A DNA stretch of 32,000 nt from contig JBHLMI010000018.1 in the NCBI GenBank assembly GCA_048938295.1, forward strand, positions 21,740-53,739. Reading direction: 5' to 3'. This stretch comes from Promethearchaeota archaeon (lineage in GTDB: Archaea > Asgardarchaeota > Hermodarchaeia > Hermodarchaeales > Hermodarchaeaceae). The translations under genes were made by a program, and so were the position numbers. The notes under the pieces are model-generated. The model was not told the DNA's origin, made no database searches, and saw only the letters and a program-made list of their open reading frames with translations. Below, one piece after another: positions 27,337 through 32,000 of the stretch (position 1 is its first letter; each line of letters starts with the position of its first letter).

Positions 27337-28062
27337 ATGTCAGACTCCATTTCAGTTACTCATAGCTCTGGTCCGGAAGCACTTGCTGCCGCAGTCACCC
27401 AAAGCCACGTTATAGTGCTGGTCGACGTTCTTCGCGCTAGCAGCACTATCGTCACTGCCCTCGCCAACGGGGCTTCTAAAATCATTCCGGTCCCCACTGT
27501 TGAAGAAGCCCGTGAACGAATCTATCATTATCCAAACGGATTTCTCGCAGGAGAGAGAGCTGCTCATCCACCCACCGGCTTTGATTTTGGCAACTCACCA
27601 CGTAGCTTCCTCACCAATCGTATCAAAGGACATCCCATTATTCTTACCACCAGTAATTTCACCCGAACCCTTGGCAAACCTCCTGGGACTGCAACAATTC
27701 TTGTTGGCGCGTTTCTGAATATTGACCATGTGGCAAAGACTGCCCGGTACCTTTCAGAAAAAACAGCACAGCCAATATCAGTCATTTCAGCAGGAAGTAT
27801 GCATGGAGTGTCCACCGAAGATGACTTCACCTCATATCACCTCATTATCCGGATTAACGATCCGGAAGGGCCTCCCGCTTATGCTGATATTGGAGACTTA
27901 GCCCGTGAACTCCTTGTGAGTCGTCACGGCAGTCTCCTCGTGCGAGCAGGTTATGAAGATGATATCTACTTTTGCGCTCAACCAAATAGGTATAATCTAA
28001 CTCCCATTCTTCAGGATGGAGGCTTTGTCCCTTTTTCCTTTGAAATGAAAATACACGAGTAA
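27337..28062 (+). CDS. ComB (2-phosphosulfolactate phosphatase) family phosphatase
   Basis: VDVLRASSTI, LAGER, FDFGNSP, LTTSN, EDD. No coenzyme M genes nearby, so the substrate is uncertain. Confidence 0.85.
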   Translation: MSDSISVTHSSGPEALAAAVTQSHVIVLVDVLRASSTIVTALANGASKIIPVPTVEEARERIYHYPNGFLAGERAAHPPTGFDFGNSPRSFLTNRIKGHPIILTTSNFTRTLGKPPGTATILVGAFLNIDHVAKTARYLSEKTAQPISVISAGSMHGVSTEDDFTSYHLIIRINDPEGPPAYADIGDLARELLVSRHGSLLVRAGYEDDIYFCAQPNRYNLTPILQDGGFVPFSFEMKIHE

Positions 28063-28079
28063 TGTTCTTCGAGTAGTTA

Positions 28080-28120
28080 CTTGTGGAAAATCGGGGTTTT
28101 TGTCGCTGATTTTTCACAAG
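28080..28120. repeat. 13-bp near-perfect inverted repeat (possible terminator/processing hairpin or operator)
   Basis: CTTGTGGAAAATC (28080-28092) and GATTTTTCACAAG (28108-28120) pair with one G-U. A related copy GATTTCCACAA lies at 28212-28222. Confidence 0.5.
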
Positions 28121-28291
28121 ATGTGTTTCGAAAACAGCAAAATTTCCTACCAGTAAACATCAGCGAAGACAGGGTATAAAATTGTTCAATGACCTAGTAT
28201 TAGATGCTACTGATTTCCACAAATCAATGCTACGTAGCTGAGAAAAAAGACTTGGCAAATCATTCGAACGCCAGGGGAGGTAGCGGCTAAT

Positions 28292-30514
28292 ATGAAGGAA
28301 GCCCGGAAAAGGTCCGGCCTTCATATCGTGTATGCAATAATAGGTCTAGCAATCCTGCTCAATGGAATAGTTGCGCCATTTCCATTCAGCAATCTACACG
28401 GTAGTCCATCTCCTCAAACTCTGACCTCTTATTGGCTAATTTACTTTCTTGATACTGGATTTCACCTCCCCCTTAAGGCGATGCAAACACCGATAGATCA
28501 AGCAACTCCTTTTGCGCAATTAAGTTGGATGCAACACCATAGTTGGCAAAACTGGGATAGTCGAACAACGTTTGGTGTAACCATTGAACAGGGGTTGCTG
28601 CAAAGAGAAATTTTGAATTTTACTCAAATTACGCCTGAACCCATCCAGGTAGTCGTAGAAGATTATGATCCTGCCAGTTGTCCCTTTGAAGATTATATAT
28701 GGACAGATGAAGAATCATACATGGGCTTTCGCATTAATGGCTCTGATCCGGTACGTGTTGATGGTTTTTGGATATACCTTCGAGGCGAATCGCAAGGAAT
28801 CTTCCGGTACCGCGTGTATGGAGCTCAACCTGGAACTAGTGCGGCCACATTTGTTAACACCTCTGCTCCACTTACCGACTGGATTGAAGTACCGATATCG
28901 CCAACCCTCGAACCAGGCGATGAATACTGGTTTTGGATCAACACCAATGAAACTGAGCTAGTACTCAATCCCCTTGAAACCTATACTAACACCTTTTATT
29001 TTGGACTTGCTCGCGCCTTTGGAGCCACAACTGATACCCGAATTAACTGGGTATACTGTCGGGATGATGCAAATCCCGATGAAGAAGATGAGGGCGACTG
29101 CTATGGGCGTTTCGGCTCATGGTCTTATCGAACCCGCGATCTCTTCCTCAACGTGTCGATACTGCCCTACAATCATTACGTTTACCCAACAGAGATTGAC
29201 ATGAAAGTAAATGGCAATATTATTCGCGATCTTAGTTCCCCCGCACATGGAGTGTGGGACAGTGAAACGTATCAGCCCCCTCTTCAAATCAATGGTGCTC
29301 CTCGCGAATACCACGTTATGGTGATCTGGCCAGGCTTTTATCAATGGCCGGTTCGGTTCGATGTACAATGGGCTGGTACTTTCCTTGATGAAATTTCCAT
29401 CTTCTCGGGACCGAGTTATGGCTATTTAGACGTGAACTGGGTAGTCACAATGATAGTTGATTTTCCTCCTGACATCGGCAATCAAACCATACTCCTCAGT
29501 CTTCCGCTTGATTGGACAGCCATACGAATCACTCGCAACACCCTCGATTATAGCGAATGGATACTAAACGATACACTTCTGTGCATCACGAATGCAGAAG
29601 ATGGGCTCTGGCATGTGTACTGTAGTATTCCCATGTCTCCCTTGATACTCTATGGGGGGCTACTTTTCTGGATCGCGTTCTTTATCATTTTAGCCCTTTT
29701 AATATCCTTCATGTTTTATCACCAGAAAATCTTCTTACCTCAACAGCGCCTTTACCGCCACCGGCTCCAAGCGCTGGTTGATTCATTCAATGATATTCAC
29801 AAAATACGACGAATACTGGTAATCCATAAGGAAACCGGTCTGTGCTTACTTGATCCAATCGTCGATCACAAAATGAGAGCTAATTTAGTAAGTGCTCTAA
29901 TTCAAGCCATCACCGCCTTTGGCGTAAACCTCACTGAAACCGAAGAGACGGCGGATCTAATTGATGATACGGCTTCACTTCAGCAAATCACCTATCGGGA
30001 CTTCCATATCATCGTCCATGATGGCCAATACACACGTAATGCTCTCATTTTCAAACAGCCCCCCAGTAGCCTGATAGATAAACGCCTGGCAGAATTTACC
30101 CTGCGCTTTGAGGAACGATACCAGGATGTGCTTGAAAACTGGGTCGGGCGATTAAACATCTTTGGCGATGCCATCGATCTGGTTGACGAATACCTGTTCA
30201 TTTCCCTGCGATTGCCTCACACTCTATACTCCGATCAAGTTACTATCTCGTCGCTTTCTCAATCAGAACGCGTTCTTTATGAGCAAGCGAAAAATCTCAA
30301 TGCGGACGGCAGTAACTTCTTCATTAGCGAGTTAGTCGATCACTATCTCCGTGAAAAAGGGGTAGACCGAATCGAGGTATTTGACGCCCTGTTCAAGTTA
30401 AGAGAAAAAGGAATTATTGTCCCTATTCACACAGAAATTCCGTACGAATTTAGCAGCAATGCTGTCTTGAATAACGGACCTGGATTACCGGCGCATCCAG
30501 GTAACCGTGCCTAA
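28292..30514 (+). CDS. Receptor-like membrane protein: signal/TM, large ectodomain, TM, longin-like domain, C-terminal winged-helix-like domain
   Basis: Hydrophobic aa about 9-30 and 451-476. Aa about 505-636 read ILVIHKETGLCL..NLVSALIQAITAFG..QITYRDFHIIVHDGQY..ALIF..L.EF..RFEERY...L..W.G, a longin-like pattern recalled from Asgard proteins. Terminal LSQSERVLY..FISELV..VFDALFKLREKGII. Confidence 0.7.
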   Translation: MKEARKRSGLHIVYAIIGLAILLNGIVAPFPFSNLHGSPSPQTLTSYWLIYFLDTGFHLPLKAMQTPIDQATPFAQLSWMQHHSWQNWDSRTTFGVTIEQGLLQREILNFTQITPEPIQVVVEDYDPASCPFEDYIWTDEESYMGFRINGSDPVRVDGFWIYLRGESQGIFRYRVYGAQPGTSAATFVNTSAPLTDWIEVPISPTLEPGDEYWFWINTNETELVLNPLETYTNTFYFGLARAFGATTDTRINWVYCRDDANPDEEDEGDCYGRFGSWSYRTRDLFLNVSILPYNHYVYPTEIDMKVNGNIIRDLSSPAHGVWDSETYQPPLQINGAPREYHVMVIWPGFYQWPVRFDVQWAGTFLDEISIFSGPSYGYLDVNWVVTMIVDFPPDIGNQTILLSLPLDWTAIRITRNTLDYSEWILNDTLLCITNAEDGLWHVYCSIPMSPLILYGGLLFWIAFFIILALLISFMFYHQKIFLPQQRLYRHRLQALVDSFNDIHKIRRILVIHKETGLCLLDPIVDHKMRANLVSALIQAITAFGVNLTETEETADLIDDTASLQQITYRDFHIIVHDGQYTRNALIFKQPPSSLIDKRLAEFTLRFEERYQDVLENWVGRLNIFGDAIDLVDEYLFISLRLPHTLYSDQVTISSLSQSERVLYEQAKNLNADGSNFFISELVDHYLREKGVDRIEVFDALFKLREKGIIVPIHTEIPYEFSSNAVLNNGPGLPAHPGNRA

Positions 30515-31150
30515 CTCGGTAACAAAAATGCAGGGCAAATCAAACTCAATCGCCAGTTGATACAGGGCTAGGGCACACACTTTCCCGCCTCCTGTCACGT
30601 CGACGAGAATGGCATACTCTCGAATCAAATCCTGGGAAAGGCGGTACACCAGCTCATACATTTTGCCCAAATCATGGACGAAGATATCTTCGGGCACCTC
30701 ATGGAGCACCTTATCGGGGGTTACCCCGCTTAACCGTCGCCTTGCGGTTTCTTCAATGAAATAATGGTATTTCTCAGGGCGAAACGAGGTTTCGGCACGA
30801 ATCCGTTTCGGCACCGCCTGCAACACGCTCGGGTCTTCCCCAATGGCTCCGATATAAGCCACGGGGGCGGTCACTCCCAGGACCCGGCGGACACTTTGGA
30901 TTTCATGGGGAACTAATCGAGCTGCTTTCTCTTTCCCATCACGAAACCGTTCAATTAATCCATTATTCTCCAAGTGTTGCAGATTAAAATACAGCATAGC
31001 ATCGGACACTTCATCCACGGATTTGGAAACCCGACGGGCGATGGCCGCCCGCAGCACCAGCCCGGTCTGGGGACCGTCTAAGAGATTGCGGAGGATAATT
31101 CTCCGTGCTTCGACGCCACCGATGACGCGTCTAACTTTACCCTCAGCCAC
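30485..31150 (-). CDS. wHTH-CARF protein (putative nucleotide-responsive transcription regulator)
   Basis: N-terminal wHTH-like segment RRIILRNLLDGPQTG..LYFNLQHLENNGLIER. C-terminal Rossmann/CARF pattern VAYIGAIGEDP, RPEKYHYF, ILVDVTGGGKVCALAL, PCIFV. Confidence 0.75.
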   Translation of the reverse strand: MAEGKVRRVIGGVEARRIILRNLLDGPQTGLVLRAAIARRVSKSVDEVSDAMLYFNLQHLENNGLIERFRDGKEKAARLVPHEIQSVRRVLGVTAPVAYIGAIGEDPSVLQAVPKRIRAETSFRPEKYHYFIEETARRRLSGVTPDKVLHEVPEDIFVHDLGKMYELVYRLSQDLIREYAILVDVTGGGKVCALALYQLAIEFDLPCIFVTELGTVTWMRR

Positions 31151-31237
31151 TCTCTACCACCATGGATGTACTGTTCTCTCTTATGTTAAGCGTTCCCAGA
31201 ATGCCGGGTGCAACACTAAAACCCTGCAAAGCCCTGC

Positions 31238-31245
31238 ATATAAAT
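31238..31245 (-). promoter_or_regulatory. Putative TATA box for the wHTH-CARF gene
   Basis: Minus strand reads GCATTTATATGC, about 90 nt upstream of GTG 31150. Confidence 0.4.
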
Positions 31246-31294
31246 GCCTCGTCGCTGCAACTCTTCTCCTAGACGAGTTTGCGATTTAATTCAA

Positions 31295-31326
31295 CATCTC
31301 TATCACTGATAACGTTGATAGAGATG
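31295..31326. promoter_or_regulatory. Perfect 11-bp inverted repeat (candidate operator) between the divergent CARF and actin promoters
   Basis: CATCTCTATCA-(CTGATAACGT)-TGATAGAGATG. Confidence 0.55.
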
Positions 31327-31347
31327 ACTGCAAAAAGTGCCTCAATC

Positions 31348-31355
31348 TTTAAAAG
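31348..31355 (+). promoter_or_regulatory. Putative TATA box for actin
   Basis: TTTAAAAG about 110 nt upstream of ATG 31465. An alternative CTTTTAAAC lies near 31422-31430. Confidence 0.35.
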
Positions 31356-31464
31356 TAAAATTCGAAGTGCTACAACTGGGAATACAAAGACCAGCCTGGG
31401 AAGTATTCCAGCTGACTTACCCTTTTAAACCAAACCCCCCCTTCGAAGGAGATGAACCTAACCA

Positions 31465-32000
31465 ATGGCAGAAGAAGAAATGGTCACCGCCAAACCCTTG
31501 GTGGTTGACAACGGCACCGGCCTTAGCAAAAACGGCTACGCCGGTGAAGACCAGCCACGCAGCGTGTTCCCCACGCTCATCGGCTACCCCAAGTATCCCG
31601 CCTACATGACCGACGTCGAACACTACACTCGCGAATACTACATCGGCGAAGAAGCACTCCAACTCCGAGGTGTCCTGAAACTCGTCTATCCCATCGCCCA
31701 CGGCCAAATCACCGACTGGCCCGCCATGGAAAAGATCTGGCACTACACCTTCTACAACGACTTACGCGTCGACCCCACCGAACACCCGGTCCTCCTTACT
31801 GAGGCCCCACTGAACCCACGCGCCAACCGCGAAAAGATGGCCGAAATCATGTTCGAAACCTTCAACGTCCCAGCGATCTACGTGGCCATGCAAGCTGTCC
31901 TCAGCCTGTACGCCTCCGGACGCACCACCGGCCTCGTCGTCGACTCCGGCGACGGCGTCACCCACATCGTCCCCATCTACGAAGGCTTCGCCTTAACCCA
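31465..32000 (+). CDS. Asgard actin (Lokiactin-type), N-terminal 178 aa, truncated by the window end; not in the ORF track
   Basis: [146 protein letters not shown]. Carries the actin hallmark motifs, with an AGGAG SD-like element upstream. Confidence 0.98.
   Translation, partial: MAEEEMVTAKPLVVDNGTGLSKNGYAGEDQPRSVFPTLIGYPKYPAYMTDVEHYTREYYIGEEALQLRGVLKLVYPIAHGQITDWPAMEKIWHYTFYNDLRVDPTEHPVLLTEAPLNPRANREKMAEIMFETFNVPAIYVAMQAVLSLYASGRTTGLVVDSGDGVTHIVPIYEGFALT

Noticed and set aside
27337-28062. Coenzyme M biosynthesis inferred from the ComB-like gene
   Set aside because: No comA, comC or comDE in the window. ComB-family proteins occur widely in organisms without CoM.
31297-31311. 15-nt identity (TCTCTATCACTGATA) to the reverse complement of the tetO2 operator
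   Set aside because: The flanks do not continue into tet or vector sequence and the context is continuous archaeal DNA. Treated as coincidence of palindromic operators, not contamination or TetR control.
30485-31464. CRISPR array or cas locus near the CARF gene
   Set aside because: No regularly spaced repeats of 25-40 nt and no cas-like ORFs seen anywhere in the window.
31337-31965. Track ORFs 31337-31609, 31417-31743 and 31762-31965
   Set aside because: Alternative-frame or antisense shadows of the actin gene, favoured by its C-rich third positions.

Overview
Gene-dense archaeal chromosome segment, most likely from an Asgard archaeon. The evidence is a Lokiactin-type actin at the right edge and a membrane protein with a longin-like cytoplasmic domain; the class cannot be fixed from the sequence alone. 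Most of the window is conserved information-processing synteny. Left: spt4-DUF359-rps24e-rps27ae-kae1-bud32-rdgB, then rps15-RecJ/Cdc45-like DHH-rps3ae. Next, a non-ribosomal block (small hypothetical, radical SAM, DUF2095, YchF, SerA-like). Then the exosome/proteasome superoperon: rpl15e-DUF54-rpp30-pop5-[JAMM and membrane-protein insert]-psmA-SBDS-rrp4-rrp41-rrp42-rpl37ae-Brix-pcc1-pfdB-DHH. It is followed by ecfAAT-cgi121, THUMP-tsaC on the minus strand, and a nucleotidyltransferase/CDP-alcohol phosphotransferase/ComB-like phosphatase triad. The last 4 kb are the most unusual: a receptor-like ectodomain-TM-longin-wHTH protein, and a wHTH-CARF protein outside any visible CRISPR context that is transcribed divergently from actin, with an 11-bp perfect inverted repeat between the two promoters. 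Three real genes are missing from the ORF track: the spt4 3' end, rps27ae (apparently ACG-initiated) and actin (truncated by the window edge). No tRNA, rRNA, CRISPR array or mobile element was recognised. All family assignments come from motif recognition by eye; no searches were run.
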